DNA of 64,000 nucleotides, taken from positions 47 to 64,046 of the forward strand of contig CAIYMF010000102.1 in NCBI GenBank assembly GCA_903927265.1, in the 5' to 3' direction. This DNA is from an uncultured bacterium (GTDB lineage: Bacteria > Actinomycetota > Actinomycetes > S36-B12 > CAIYMF01). The stretch's first letter is position 1; every line of letters starts with the position of its first letter. Made by a program: the position numbers and the translations under genes. Below, piece by piece: positions 47,965-58,238 of the stretch. The notes under the pieces were generated by a model, which saw only the letters and a list, made by a program, of their open reading frames with translations, ran no database searches and was not told the DNA's origin.

Positions 47965-48675
47965 TCAGGGCGTTTCGAGCATCTCACCGGCTCGCACCTC
48001 ACGCCGCGATCCGTGTCCGAGAACCCACGCCGACTGACGGCCTTCAACCCGCCACTCATGTGGCCCGCCGACGACCGCGGTGTCCTCGTCAATTCCAAGC
48101 ACGGTGACACCCTCGGGGGCGTGGAGTAGAACGCGCGTGATCATGTCGGGCATCCAGCCGGCCATCTTGTCAAAATGCGGAATGACTCGTAGATGCGGAA
48201 GAACTCCGAGGCCCGGATCTGGGCTAAGCCCTAGGCGCTTGACCGAAGGAACCCACGAGGTCATGGCCATCGCACCCGCGCTGCACCCCGCGAGCGCCGC
48301 CCCAGCGCGCCACGCTCCCTCGATGCGCTCCCACAGCAGGGTGCCGCGCAGCGTGCCTGCCAGGAAATGCGGGTCACCACCCGACAGGTAGATCAGGCCC
48401 GCGCCATCAACGAGATCGGCGATTGCCGGGTCATCTGCTTCCTCTCGATTGCGCGCAATGACCGGCACCGATTCAACCCCCAGCCGCTCTGCCTGTGCCC
48501 GCCCGAGGGCAACCCAACGGTCAAGAGAACTCTGATCCTCTTGACCAGCGGCGGTCGGAATCTGCACGTAGCGCCCCGCGCGTCCGTCGAGGAGTGCTCG
48601 CTCGATTTCCAGCATCTGAGGCAGGTACTCGCCCGATCCGACGAGAGCTAGCGGACCGGGCAGCGAGGTGGTCAT
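47965..48675 (-). CDS. peptidase S51 / cyanophycinase-like (class I GATase-fold) protein
   Basis: LVGSGEY..., YLSGGDPHFL, GCSAGAMAM (nucleophile Ser context), and VIPHFD. Confidence 0.7.
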   Translation of the reverse strand: MTTSLPGPLALVGSGEYLPQMLEIERALLDGRAGRYVQIPTAAGQEDQSSLDRWVALGRAQAERLGVESVPVIARNREEADDPAIADLVDGAGLIYLSGGDPHFLAGTLRGTLLWERIEGAWRAGAALAGCSAGAMAMTSWVPSVKRLGLSPDPGLGVLPHLRVIPHFDKMAGWMPDMITRVLLHAPEGVTVLGIDEDTAVVGGPHEWRVEGRQSAWVLGHGSRREVRAGEMLETP

Positions 48676-48728
48676 TCACACATGATCACAGACGCCAGCA
48701 CAAAAACTGCGCTAGGTGCTGGGGGAAG

Positions 48729-48766
48729 AAAACTGCCTCTATGCGTGCTCAATGTCCCCCCATGCG
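48729..48766. repeat. right arm of the perfect 38-bp inverted repeat
   Basis: aaaactgcctctatgcgtgctcaatgtccccccatgcg is the reverse complement of 47907-47944. It lies 27 nt after the stop of the 395-aa gene and 53 nt before the start of the S51 gene. Confidence 0.95.
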
Positions 48767-48792
48767 GAATTGGGGGTCGGGGGGGGTCGGAA

Positions 48793-49980
48793 TTAGGTGA
48801 GGTCCCATTCGGGGCCGGTCGGAGTGTCGCGAATGGTCACGCCAGCCTCGGCAAGTCGATCGCGAATGAGATCGGAATCGGCAAATCGCTTCTCAGCACG
48901 TGCTGCCATCCGCATCTCCAGCAGCAGTGCGACGTACGGACCAACGATCGACTCGCGATCAACCGGCGCGTTAGCCGCGCGCTCGCCCAACGCCGCAATC
49001 AGCGCACCCACCGATCGCGAGTCAGCCTCAGGGTCGGCCTGAAGCAGGAGCAACCCCGTCACCGCTGCCTCGACATCGCCCGCCGCCAGACTCGCCGCGA
49101 TCCCTGCCGCATCGACGCCATCGGAAGGAACGGTCACCGAGACAGCCCGCTCGCCCGAGCCCGCAATCTCAGCGATTCGCGTCACCGTCAACGCATCACC
49201 GGACCGGAACTCCGTTGACGACGAATGCGTGCGCACGGTGACTCGCCCGCGACCCACGATTTCGACATCGCCCGATTCGACATCAATGACCACACCGGTG
49301 TGCTCATCAATGCCCAACACGAATGCATCGTCGGGCAGCTGGTCGATCAACGAAGCCAGTCGACGTTCACCCATGTAGCAAAAGCGCGTGTCGTGGGTGC
49401 CACCCTCGGCGTTGTCGAAGTGGGGAACAACAGCTGCCCGCAACCCCGTGGCACGGCCCAGCACGTCAAGCCCCTCGAGCCACCGAGGCTCCTGACCCAC
49501 CTTGTAGACCTCGTACACCGGAATCGTGAACGCCCCCAGTGTCAGTGCCGCCGCTGAGGCAAACACCACGGCGCCACCCGACCGCAGCCGCTCGTCGAGC
49601 AGGCCAACGACAGGCGTGCCGCTCCACTGTTCAAGCGCGTAACTGGGTGACCCTGGCCCCGCAAAAACCCAACGTGCCTGTCCCAACGCCGCCAACGCAC
49701 GCGCCGCCGCAGCCGGATCGGCCTGTGTTGCCACTCGGGAGCGTAGCGACGCCACTCCGACCGTACGGCCGACCGAGTCGCGAAAGTATGTCTGGATGCG
49801 CTCAGTGAGTTCATCGGCATTCTCTTGGAATCCGAAGGGCGTATCGAGAAGAACCGCTGGAACCTCGCCGGGCGCGCCGAGGCGCGAAAACACGCGCTGA
49901 TGGGGAGTGACCATCGTCGGACTGGTCTCCCCCGAGCCAAGCACCATGAGCAATCGCGGCAGAGGAAGTGGGGTCACCAT
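48793..49980 (-). CDS. S51-like paralogue fused to a CysRS C-terminal-like domain
   Basis: The N-terminal ~250 aa parallels the neighbouring S51 protein (LGSGETS / FAGPGSPSY / FASAAALTLG / VVPHFDN / LGIDEHTGVV). The C-terminus MAARAEKRFADSDLIRDRLAEAGVTIRDTPTGPEWDL is about 50% identical to the CysS C-terminus in this window. Confidence 0.7.
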   Translation of the reverse strand: MVTPLPLPRLLMVLGSGETSPTMVTPHQRVFSRLGAPGEVPAVLLDTPFGFQENADELTERIQTYFRDSVGRTVGVASLRSRVATQADPAAAARALAALGQARWVFAGPGSPSYALEQWSGTPVVGLLDERLRSGGAVVFASAAALTLGAFTIPVYEVYKVGQEPRWLEGLDVLGRATGLRAAVVPHFDNAEGGTHDTRFCYMGERRLASLIDQLPDDAFVLGIDEHTGVVIDVESGDVEIVGRGRVTVRTHSSSTEFRSGDALTVTRIAEIAGSGERAVSVTVPSDGVDAAGIAASLAAGDVEAAVTGLLLLQADPEADSRSVGALIAALGERAANAPVDRESIVGPYVALLLEMRMAARAEKRFADSDLIRDRLAEAGVTIRDTPTGPEWDLT

Positions 49981-50056
49981 CCGATGATGTCAGGGTTCGG
50001 CGATGTCAGCACCATGAGGAGCCCACCACCGCCCCGCCTCTATCTGCCAGACTGGA

Positions 50057-52213
50057 GTGATGGACGAGACTGACTCATTTGCGCCAATTACCAGTGACGA
50101 CACCAACGAAAATGTGTCCTCACCGGAGGCGCCCGTCCTCCTCGCCCTCCCCGACGACCGCTTCATCGACCGCGAACTGTCGTGGCTGGCCTTCAACACT
50201 CGGGTTCTTGAACTCGCCGAAGACGCCAATAACCCGCTACTCGAGCGAGCGAAGTTCCTCGCAATTTTCGCCAGCAACCTCGATGAATTCTTCATGGTGC
50301 GCATCGCCGGCCTCAAGCGCCGACTCGCGGCAGGAATCGCCACCCGAGCCGCAAGCGGCATGCTGCCCCGCGAAGTACACGAGGCAGCGCTCGGCCACGC
50401 TCACGAGTTGATGCTGCGCCAATCGGAGTGCTTCCATCGCGACGTTCTACCCAGCTTGGTCAGCGAGGGAATCGAACTCGTGCGTTGGCCCGAACTCAGT
50501 GACAGCGAACAAGAAGGCATCGCGAAGGTCTTTAGCGACCAGATCTTCCCGGTGCTCACACCGCTGGCCGTTGACCCTGCCCACCCCTTCCCGTACATCT
50601 CCGGGCTTTCACTCAACCTCGCCGTCGTCGTGCGCAATCCCGACACCGGAACCGAGTTGTTCGCCCGCGTCAAAGTTCCGCCGGTACTCCCCCGGTTCCT
50701 CAATGTGCGCGGCGCTCGCTTCGTTCCGCTGGAAGATGTCATCGCCGCTCATTTGCACGAGTTGTTCCCCGGCATGGAAATGGTGCAGCAGCACACGTTC
50801 CGCGTCACTCGCAATGAAGACCTCGAAGTTGAGGAAGACGACGCCGAGAACTTGTTGCAGGCACTCGAACGCGAACTCATGCGTCGAAGGTTTGGCCCCG
50901 CTGTGCGCCTCGAAGTCGAAGACTCGATGGACCCACACGTTCTCGACCTCCTGATGCGCGAACTAGGTGTCAGCGAATCTGAAGTCTTCCGACTGCAAGG
51001 TCCGCTCGATCTTCGCGGTCTCTGGGGAATCGTCGACCTCAACCGCGATGAACTCAAGTACCCGGCATTCGTTCCCAAGACGAGTTACGCCCTCGCCGAG
51101 GTTGAAACGTCACTCGCACCCGACGTTCTCGAAGTCATGCGAACAAAAGATGTGCTCGTTCATCACCCGTACGACTCGTTCTCTACCAGCGTGCAACTCT
51201 TTCTTGAGCAGTCAGCCAACGACCCGAATGTGTTGGCTATCAAGCAAACCCTCTACCGCACTAGCGGTGACTCACCAATCGTCGATGCACTCATTGACGC
51301 GGCCGAATCAGGCAAGCAGGTGCTGGCACTTGTCGAACTCAAGGCACGCTTCGACGAACAGGCCAACATCAGTTGGGCACGCAAACTTGAGCAGGCGGGC
51401 GTACATGTCGTGTACGGCCTCGTTGGCCTGAAGACTCACTGCAAACTGTCGATGGTGGTACGCAACGACGGTGGCAAATTGCGACGTTACTGCCACATCG
51501 GAACTGGTAATTACCACCCCAAGACGGCACGTCTCTACGAAGACCTCGGCCTGCTCACAAGTGACCCCGATGTCGGCGCCGACGTAGCGAACTTGTTCAA
51601 CCAACTCTCGGGCTACGCGATGAACACGTCGTACCAGCGACTCCTCGTGGCACCGCACTCAGTGCGCAGCGGACTGATCGAGCGCATCGATCGCGAGGTT
51701 GAGCACCACCGAGCGGGCCGCGAATCGCGCATCCGGTTCAAGTGCAACTCGATCGTCGACGAAGCCATCATTGACGCTCTGTACCGCGCAGGGCAGGCGG
51801 GCGTACCCGTTGACCTGGTCGTTCGTGGAATCTGCGCGATGCGCGCTGGAGTTCCAGGACTGTCCGACAATGTCCGCGCCGTGTCGATTCTGGGCCGATT
51901 CCTCGAGCACAGCCGGATCTTTGAATTCACCAATGGCGGTGAGCGCGAGGTGTGGATCGGCTCCGCCGACCTCATGCATCGCAACCTCGACCGGCGCGTT
52001 GAAACGCTCGTGCGTCTTGATGCCCCCGAGCAAGTAACGGAAGTGGGCGACCTCCTCGACCTCGCACTCGACCCTGAAACGGCAGCATGGGATCTCATGC
52101 CCGACAGCCGTTGGGTGCGTCGCACGCACGATGCGGCGGGCAACCCGTTGCGCGACTATCAGGCCAATTTGATTATCACCAAGCACCGACGACCGACGGC
52201 GGCCATGCCATGA
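50057..52213 (+). CDS. ppk1: polyphosphate kinase 1
   Basis: [17 protein letters not shown], and the two PLD-like HKD regions (...HCKLSMVVR..., ...FLEHSRIF). Confidence 0.95.
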   Translation: MMDETDSFAPITSDDTNENVSSPEAPVLLALPDDRFIDRELSWLAFNTRVLELAEDANNPLLERAKFLAIFASNLDEFFMVRIAGLKRRLAAGIATRAASGMLPREVHEAALGHAHELMLRQSECFHRDVLPSLVSEGIELVRWPELSDSEQEGIAKVFSDQIFPVLTPLAVDPAHPFPYISGLSLNLAVVVRNPDTGTELFARVKVPPVLPRFLNVRGARFVPLEDVIAAHLHELFPGMEMVQQHTFRVTRNEDLEVEEDDAENLLQALERELMRRRFGPAVRLEVEDSMDPHVLDLLMRELGVSESEVFRLQGPLDLRGLWGIVDLNRDELKYPAFVPKTSYALAEVETSLAPDVLEVMRTKDVLVHHPYDSFSTSVQLFLEQSANDPNVLAIKQTLYRTSGDSPIVDALIDAAESGKQVLALVELKARFDEQANISWARKLEQAGVHVVYGLVGLKTHCKLSMVVRNDGGKLRRYCHIGTGNYHPKTARLYEDLGLLTSDPDVGADVANLFNQLSGYAMNTSYQRLLVAPHSVRSGLIERIDREVEHHRAGRESRIRFKCNSIVDEAIIDALYRAGQAGVPVDLVVRGICAMRAGVPGLSDNVRAVSILGRFLEHSRIFEFTNGGEREVWIGSADLMHRNLDRRVETLVRLDAPEQVTEVGDLLDLALDPETAAWDLMPDSRWVRRTHDAAGNPLRDYQANLIITKHRRPTAAMP

Positions 52214-53880
52214 GCGAACCCACTGAGTTCGAAGCCCACATTGACGAGTCACCGGAAGAAGTGCCGCACGACGTTGCCTTCCAGACCGCCGATGCGGACT
52301 CGGAGCCGATCGTCGCGGAATCTGAGGAGACCTCGATTCCCAAGGAGCCCACGAAGCCGCGCACTGATCGAGAGATCGAACGCAAACTGCGAGTTCCGCC
52401 TCTCTTCACGCTGCCGCCCATCACCGGCGACGACACCGGAGTAGCGCGTGTGGTTGCGCGCCCGCCCTTCGTGCTGACTGCCGCCTACTACGACACCGAC
52501 GACCTGCGCCTGGCCCGTTGGGGCGTTACCTTCAGGCGGCGTGAAGGTGGGTCCGACGCCGGTTGGCACCTGAAATTGCCCGTCGCCGGCGGCCACCCTG
52601 GCGACCGCGACGAGGTTACCCTTCCCCTTGACGCAGGTGAGCCGGGCCATCCCCCGAGCGAACTCGTCGAACTTGTCTCGGCACTGGTGCGGGGCGCGGC
52701 CTTGCGTGAAGTCGCCACCTTGCGCACCGAACGCACCCCCTTCCTGCTGCGCGATCACGACGATCGACTCATCGCCGAACTCGTTGATGATGTCGTCTCT
52801 GTACTCGATGGCGAGCGCGTGGCCGGACGTTTCCGCGAGATCGAAGTTGAGGCCCGGGAAGGTGACACCGACGACCTCGACCGCGTACTCACCGTGCTTC
52901 TCGCGGCCGGCGCCGAACCTGGCACAACGAGCAAGGCGGCTCACGCACTTGGCCCGCGGGCCACTGCGCCTCCCGACGTTCCTGCACCCGCAGCCACTCC
53001 CGGGCCGCGCGACCCAGCGTCAGTCGCGGTTCACGTGCACCTGCTCGCGCAGGCGCGCAGACTGCTGCTCAACGACGTGCGCATGCGCCGAGACCTTCCC
53101 GATGCCGTACACCAAATGCGGGTTGCTGCTCGACGGCTGCGCAGTTCACTTCGCACGTTCCGTCCACTCGTCGACCGCGAGTGGGCCGATCACTTGCGCG
53201 ACGAACTCGGTTGGCTGGCAGGCGAACTCGGCGCTATCCGTGACACCGAGGTACTGCTCAAGCGGCTTGATGCACACTGCGATCTCATCGATGACGAAGC
53301 GGGCCGTGAGGCGGCGCGTGGTGTTGTTGACCGAGCCTTGGGCGCCCAACTGATCACCGCCCGCGCTTCCGCACTCGAGGCATTGCGCTCCGAGCGCTAC
53401 CGCACACTGCTCGACGAACTTGTCGTTGCCGTGCGCGAACCCGCCTTTACCGATGAGGCGTCCCGTCCGGCGCGCGCCGTCCTACCTGCACTGTCTTGGG
53501 AAGCATGGAAGAGGCTCAAACACGAGGCGGAGTGGCTGACACACGACACCGCGGCCGAACACTGGCACCGCACTCGCATCATCGCCAAACGTGCGCGGTA
53601 CGCAGCCGAGGCCCTCGAACCTGTATTTGGATCCGACGCTCAAATTCTGGCTCAGTCGTTGGAAGCAGTCACCGAGTTACTGGGTGAGCATCAAGATGCG
53701 TCCGTCGCCCAAGATGCCATCCGACTGATGGCCAGCGATCCCGCTCTGGCCGGAGTCGAAGGATGGGGCCTCGGCCTACTGCACGGAGTTGAGATCGAGA
53801 GTGAGCAGCGCTCGCGCGTAGAGTTCATCCCCGTGTGGGCGGTCGCTGTGAAGGCGCACCGACGTTCACGGCTACGGTGA
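52210..53880 (+). CDS. CYTH and CHAD domain protein
   Basis: EIERKLRV is the CYTH ExExK start. The helical CHAD region has [13 protein letters not shown] and [16 protein letters not shown] overlap with ppk1. Confidence 0.8.
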   Translation: MSEPTEFEAHIDESPEEVPHDVAFQTADADSEPIVAESEETSIPKEPTKPRTDREIERKLRVPPLFTLPPITGDDTGVARVVARPPFVLTAAYYDTDDLRLARWGVTFRRREGGSDAGWHLKLPVAGGHPGDRDEVTLPLDAGEPGHPPSELVELVSALVRGAALREVATLRTERTPFLLRDHDDRLIAELVDDVVSVLDGERVAGRFREIEVEAREGDTDDLDRVLTVLLAAGAEPGTTSKAAHALGPRATAPPDVPAPAATPGPRDPASVAVHVHLLAQARRLLLNDVRMRRDLPDAVHQMRVAARRLRSSLRTFRPLVDREWADHLRDELGWLAGELGAIRDTEVLLKRLDAHCDLIDDEAGREAARGVVDRALGAQLITARASALEALRSERYRTLLDELVVAVREPAFTDEASRPARAVLPALSWEAWKRLKHEAEWLTHDTAAEHWHRTRIIAKRARYAAEALEPVFGSDAQILAQSLEAVTELLGEHQDASVAQDAIRLMASDPALAGVEGWGLGLLHGVEIESEQRSRVEFIPVWAVAVKAHRRSRLR

Positions 53881-54824
53881 ATTCCGTGGCCCCCGACAAC
53901 GACATCATCCGCGCTGCAGGAGTGGTGTGTTTGCGTGAACGCCCAGGCGGTCACACACACGATGAACCACCGGGCACCGAAGTCCTCCTCATTCATCGCA
54001 CGCAAATCCGCGACTGGTCGCTACCCAAAGGCAAACTCGATCGCGGCGAGCACGTAGCTGTTGCCGCCGTGCGCGAGGCAGCGGAGGAAACCGGCTTCGA
54101 TGTGGTGCTCGGAATGCCACTCAAGACCCAGCGGTACTCGATCGGTGACAAGACCAAGGAAGTGTCGTATTGGCTGGCTCGAGTCGTCGGCCAGAGTGCG
54201 TGGGAGCCTAATCGTGAGGTCGACGAGGTGCGTTGGGTCGACGTAGGCGAGGCCGCTGAACTTCTCAGCTACCCGCGCGATGCCGATCTGGTGAAGTCGG
54301 CAGTTAAGAAGCGTCGAGGTACTTCTCCACTGATCATTCTGCGCCACGGCCAAGCCGAGAAGCGGCGCGAGTTCGCCCGTCGACACGAGGTAGTCCTGCC
54401 TGACGCATTCCGACCCCTTTCACGAGTCGGCGAACGCCAGGCCGAAGACCTCACCCCGGTTCTCGCGGCATTCGGTGTCACCAGTTCACATTCCTCACCG
54501 TCGGTGCGCTGCCACGAAACGGTTCTGCCCTACTGCACTGTGTCGGGCGTCGACATCGTCGAAGAACCCTTGTTGTCGGAAGAGGGTTTCAACGAGTCGC
54601 GCAAGAAAGCCATGAAGCGGGTTACCGAACTGCTCAACGACCCCTCCCCCATGGTCGTGTGCACTCACCGCCCCGTGCTACCCGCCCTGTTTGAGCAACT
54701 GCGCCGCGACCTCGGCGGTATGGATATCGACCCGGAACTACCCGCGGGCGGGTTCGTCATCATCCACCGCGACTTCAGTTCAGGTCTGGTCAAAGCAGTC
54801 GCCGCAGAGCGCCACGCTCCCTGA
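53877..54824 (+). CDS. NUDIX hydrolase fused to histidine-phosphatase domain (MutT1-like)
   Basis: Nudix box GKLDRGEHVAVAAVREAAEETGF, then LIILRHGQAEKR (RHG motif). GTGA overlap with the previous stop. Confidence 0.8.
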   Translation: MNSVAPDNDIIRAAGVVCLRERPGGHTHDEPPGTEVLLIHRTQIRDWSLPKGKLDRGEHVAVAAVREAAEETGFDVVLGMPLKTQRYSIGDKTKEVSYWLARVVGQSAWEPNREVDEVRWVDVGEAAELLSYPRDADLVKSAVKKRRGTSPLIILRHGQAEKRREFARRHEVVLPDAFRPLSRVGERQAEDLTPVLAAFGVTSSHSSPSVRCHETVLPYCTVSGVDIVEEPLLSEEGFNESRKKAMKRVTELLNDPSPMVVCTHRPVLPALFEQLRRDLGGMDIDPELPAGGFVIIHRDFSSGLVKAVAAERHAP

Positions 54825-54841
54825 CCGGTCACGCACTGTTT

Positions 54842-54874
54842 CGTCATTCGCCGTTCATCTTCCGTTCATGTGGG
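54842..54874 (+). promoter_or_regulatory. candidate PHO box (three 11-nt direct repeat units) upstream of pstS
   Basis: CGTCATTCGCC / GTTCATCTTCC / GTTCATGTGGG are in 11-nt phase, about 70 nt upstream of the pstS start. Confidence 0.45.
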
Positions 54875-54943
54875 CGGAGAGGTTCAGACACCCCACTTGC
54901 TTAGTGTTCTACTCACAGACACCCACACCACGGAGGATTCTCG

Positions 54944-56038
54944 GTGACCATTTCACGCACCGCCCGCTTCACCTTCATCGCCGCTGCCGGCGCCCTCGCA
55001 CTCGCAGCCTGCGGCTCATCATCAGGTGGCGGATCGTCCACCAGCGCCAGCGCCAGCGTCAACTGCGCCACCGGCTCGATCAAGGCTTCGGGCTCAAGCG
55101 CCCAGAAGAACGCCATGACCGACTGGATCAATGCCTACCAGCAGGCCTGCCCCGGCACCACGATCGATTACCAGGCCAACGGCTCGGGCGCAGGTGTTCA
55201 GGACTTCACCAACGCTCAGACCGCGTTCGCTGGCTCTGACTCGGCCCTCAAGGACACTGAGCAGCCCCTGGCTGACAAGCGGTGCGCGAGTGGCCCCGCC
55301 ATCAACATTCCCATGGTCGGCGGCGCCATCGCCGTTGCCTACAACCTCACCGGTGTCGACAAGTTGATCTTGAACCCCGCCGTGACCGCTGGAATCTTCA
55401 GCAACACGATCACCAAGTGGAACGACCCGAAGATCGCCGCACTCAACCCCGGCGTCACACTGCCCGACGCGACCATCGCTCAGTTCCACCGCAGCGATGC
55501 TTCCGGAACCACGGCGAACTTCACCGCGTGGCTCAAGGACACCGCCGGAGCTGACTGGACTGCCGACACCGGCAAGGAGTGGAAGGCACCCGGAGGTCAA
55601 GGCTCCAAGGGATCTGACCAGGTGCTCGCTTCAGTGAAGTCGACCCCGAACTCAATCGGTTACGTTGAATTGTCATTCGTGCAGGACGCCCAGGGCGTCG
55701 GAGCTGCGTGGATCGACAACGGCGGAGGCGCGGTTGAGCCCACCTCGGCCAACGCGGCAGCCACCATCGCAGCGGCAACCGTCACCGGCACAGGCAACAA
55801 CCTCTCGCTCAAGATCGACCGCACCACCAAGACGCCCAACAACTACCCGGCGGTTCTGGTGACCTACGAGATCACCTGCGAAAAGGGCCTTGCCGCCGAC
55901 CAGTCGGCGCTGGTGAAGTCGTTCCTGACCTACACCGCCAGCGATGCTGGTCAGGGTGGTCTGACTGACAGCGGCTACGTGCCGATCACCGGCGACCTTC
56001 TGACGAAGGTGCGCACGGCTGTTTCGTCAATCTCCTAG
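54944..56038 (+). CDS. pstS: phosphate ABC transporter substrate-binding lipoprotein
   Basis: Lipobox LALAAC|G, and GSSAQ...GSGAG...ASGTT phosphate-binding motifs. GGAGGA RBS lies before GTG 54944. Confidence 0.9.
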   Translation: MTISRTARFTFIAAAGALALAACGSSSGGGSSTSASASVNCATGSIKASGSSAQKNAMTDWINAYQQACPGTTIDYQANGSGAGVQDFTNAQTAFAGSDSALKDTEQPLADKRCASGPAINIPMVGGAIAVAYNLTGVDKLILNPAVTAGIFSNTITKWNDPKIAALNPGVTLPDATIAQFHRSDASGTTANFTAWLKDTAGADWTADTGKEWKAPGGQGSKGSDQVLASVKSTPNSIGYVELSFVQDAQGVGAAWIDNGGGAVEPTSANAAATIAAATVTGTGNNLSLKIDRTTKTPNNYPAVLVTYEITCEKGLAADQSALVKSFLTYTASDAGQGGLTDSGYVPITGDLLTKVRTAVSSIS

Positions 56039-56045
56039 CGTTTCC

Positions 56046-56093
56046 CAGGTGACCCTGACCCCGGCTCGCATACGTCAGGGTCAGGGTCACCTG
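56046..56093 (+). promoter_or_regulatory. intercistronic pstS-pstC stem-loop (perfect 16-bp stem)
   Basis: CAGGTGACCCTGACCC (56046-56061) pairs with GGGTCAGGGTCACCTG (56078-56093) around a 16-nt loop. No U-tract follows. Confidence 0.6.
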
Positions 56094-56141
56094 TATGACC
56101 AGCCGATTCCCACGCACGCCACCTCGCGGTAAGAAGGGCCC

Positions 56142-57125
56142 ATGAGTAACACGGCTACCGAGAATGAGCACGATCCACTCATTCCCCACGGCCACAAACA
56201 AACTGGTCGGGTCGGCGACCGAGTTTTCCGTGGTTTCGCAAGTGGCGCTGGAATCTTCGTCCTCGTCATCATGGGCGCGATCGGAGCCTTCCTGGTCTGG
56301 AAGTCGATTCCGTCGCTGCAAGCGGACTCAACAAACTTCTTCACCACCACCGAATGGTTTCCAGACGACAACCCCGCCGTGTTCGGTATTGCTGCCCTGC
56401 TTTTCGGCACGGTGATCAGTGCCGCGATTGCCATGGTGCTGGCGTTGCCTGTCGGAATCGGAATCGCGCTGTTTATCGCGTTCTACGCGCCGCGTCCGGT
56501 GGCTTCCACGCTTGCCTTCATCACTGACCTCCTCGCTGCCGTGCCGTCGATCATCTTCGGCCTGTGGGGTCTGGCAGTGCTGATGCCGAACATGCAAGGA
56601 ACAGCCCAGTGGCTCAATGACTACCTCGGCTGGATTCCCATCTTTAGCAACAGTTTGGGGATCTACTCCAAGAGCCTGTTCATCGCCGGAGTCGTACTCG
56701 CGATCATGGTGCTCCCCACCGTGTCTGCCGTCACGCGCGAAGTGTTCATTCAAGTACCCTCGGCGCACATCGAAGGTGCGCTGGCGCTCGGCGCCACCCG
56801 CTGGGAAATGGTGCGGATGGCAGTCTTCCCATTCGCGCGACCGGGCATGATCTCGGCCGCCATGCTGGGCTTGGGCCGCGCGCTTGGCGAGACGATCGCC
56901 GTGGCGCTCATCCTCTCGGCCGCCTTCACCATCAACTGGCACATCACCGAACCCGGTGGAAACAGTTTCGCCGCCAACATCGCCCTGAAGTGGAATGAAG
57001 CGGGTCCGATCGGACTCTCGGCATTGATTGCCTCCGGACTCGTGCTGTTCCTCATCACCTTGGCCGTCAACATGCTCGCGCGCTGGATCGTGTCGCGCCG
57101 CAAGGATTTCTCGGGGGCTAACTGA
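56142..57125 (+). CDS. pstC: phosphate ABC transporter permease PstC
   Basis: EAALALGATRWE is the EAA loop. 6 TM segments. Confidence 0.9.
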   Translation: MSNTATENEHDPLIPHGHKQTGRVGDRVFRGFASGAGIFVLVIMGAIGAFLVWKSIPSLQADSTNFFTTTEWFPDDNPAVFGIAALLFGTVISAAIAMVLALPVGIGIALFIAFYAPRPVASTLAFITDLLAAVPSIIFGLWGLAVLMPNMQGTAQWLNDYLGWIPIFSNSLGIYSKSLFIAGVVLAIMVLPTVSAVTREVFIQVPSAHIEGALALGATRWEMVRMAVFPFARPGMISAAMLGLGRALGETIAVALILSAAFTINWHITEPGGNSFAANIALKWNEAGPIGLSALIASGLVLFLITLAVNMLARWIVSRRKDFSGAN

Positions 57126-57126
57126 C

Positions 57127-58209
57127 ATGGCGATCCTCACCCCTGAGCCCACACGCTCACCCGAGAGCCGGTCGATCGGTGAGACGCTAGCCGGCAAGAG
57201 GCTGCCGCGTTGGGCACCCCTCGCGACTGCCGTTGCCGCCATCGTCGTTGGCTACGGCATCGGCGCTGCGGGCAGCATTTTCGGACTCGCGTGGTTCGTG
57301 GTCGCAGCGCTGCTCTTCTTGATCGCACAAACGGCGTGGTCGTTCGCTGTCGAGGGTCGTCGCCACGCGGTCGATCGATTGGCGACCACGCTGATCTACG
57401 CCTGCTTCATCGTCGCGCTGGCACCGCTTCTTTCGGTCCTCCTTTCGGTCATCGCTAAGGGTGCCGGAGTTGTCTTCACCGACTTTCCTAGTTTCTTCAC
57501 CGAGACCATGCGCAATGTCAGCCCCCGTAAACCCGGTGGTGGTGTCGCGCACGCCATTGTGGGCACGATCGAGCAGGTCGCAATCTCGTCTTTGATCGCG
57601 GTACCTGTCGGCATCATGGCTGCGGTCTACCTCGTCGAGTACGGGCGCGGACGCTTGGCCAAGTGGGTGTCGTTCTTCGTTGACGTCATGACCGGTGTGC
57701 CATCCATCGTCGCCGGTTTGTTCATCTACACCTTTTGGATTCTCGTCCTGGGCTTCGAACGATCGGGCTTTGCGGCCGCACTGTCACTGGTCATTCTGAT
57801 GATCCCCGTGATCGTGCGCACCACCGAAGAAATGCTCAAGATCGTGCCCAACGATCTTCGTGAGGCGTCCTATGCCCTCGGGATTCCCAAGTGGAAGACC
57901 ATCGCGCGTATTGTGCTACCCACCGCACTGTCGGGAATCATTACCGGCGTGATGCTCGCGGTCGCACGCGTGGCTGGCGAAACTGCCCCACTGCTGCTCA
58001 CGACCTTTCTGTCGCAGAGCATGAACTGGGACCCCTTCAGCGGACCGCAGGCAGCACTTCCCACTTTCGTCTGGGACCAGATCTCTAACGGAACAGACGC
58101 GTCTGTGGCTCGCGCATGGGGCGGCGCCTTCGTGCTCATCCTGTTTGTCATGATTTTCTACATCGGAGCACGCCTGCTTGCGCGAGTGTTTGCTCCCAAG
58201 GCACGCTAG
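57127..58209 (+). CDS. pstA: phosphate ABC transporter permease PstA
   Basis: [14 protein letters not shown] is the EAA-type loop. ATG 57127 lies immediately after the pstC stop. Confidence 0.9.
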   Translation: MAILTPEPTRSPESRSIGETLAGKRLPRWAPLATAVAAIVVGYGIGAAGSIFGLAWFVVAALLFLIAQTAWSFAVEGRRHAVDRLATTLIYACFIVALAPLLSVLLSVIAKGAGVVFTDFPSFFTETMRNVSPRKPGGGVAHAIVGTIEQVAISSLIAVPVGIMAAVYLVEYGRGRLAKWVSFFVDVMTGVPSIVAGLFIYTFWILVLGFERSGFAAALSLVILMIPVIVRTTEEMLKIVPNDLREASYALGIPKWKTIARIVLPTALSGIITGVMLAVARVAGETAPLLLTTFLSQSMNWDPFSGPQAALPTFVWDQISNGTDASVARAWGGAFVLILFVMIFYIGARLLARVFAPKAR

Positions 58210-58238
58210 TACCCACCCTTCACACTGAAAGTAGACCC

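Noticed and set aside
48772-48795. ggggtcgg-ggggggtcgg G-rich direct repeat after the 395-aa gene, as a possible G-quadruplex or terminator
   Set aside because: Too short and irregular. On the transcribed (minus) strand it is a C-tract with no following U-run. Noted only as part of the flank of the 38-bp repeat.
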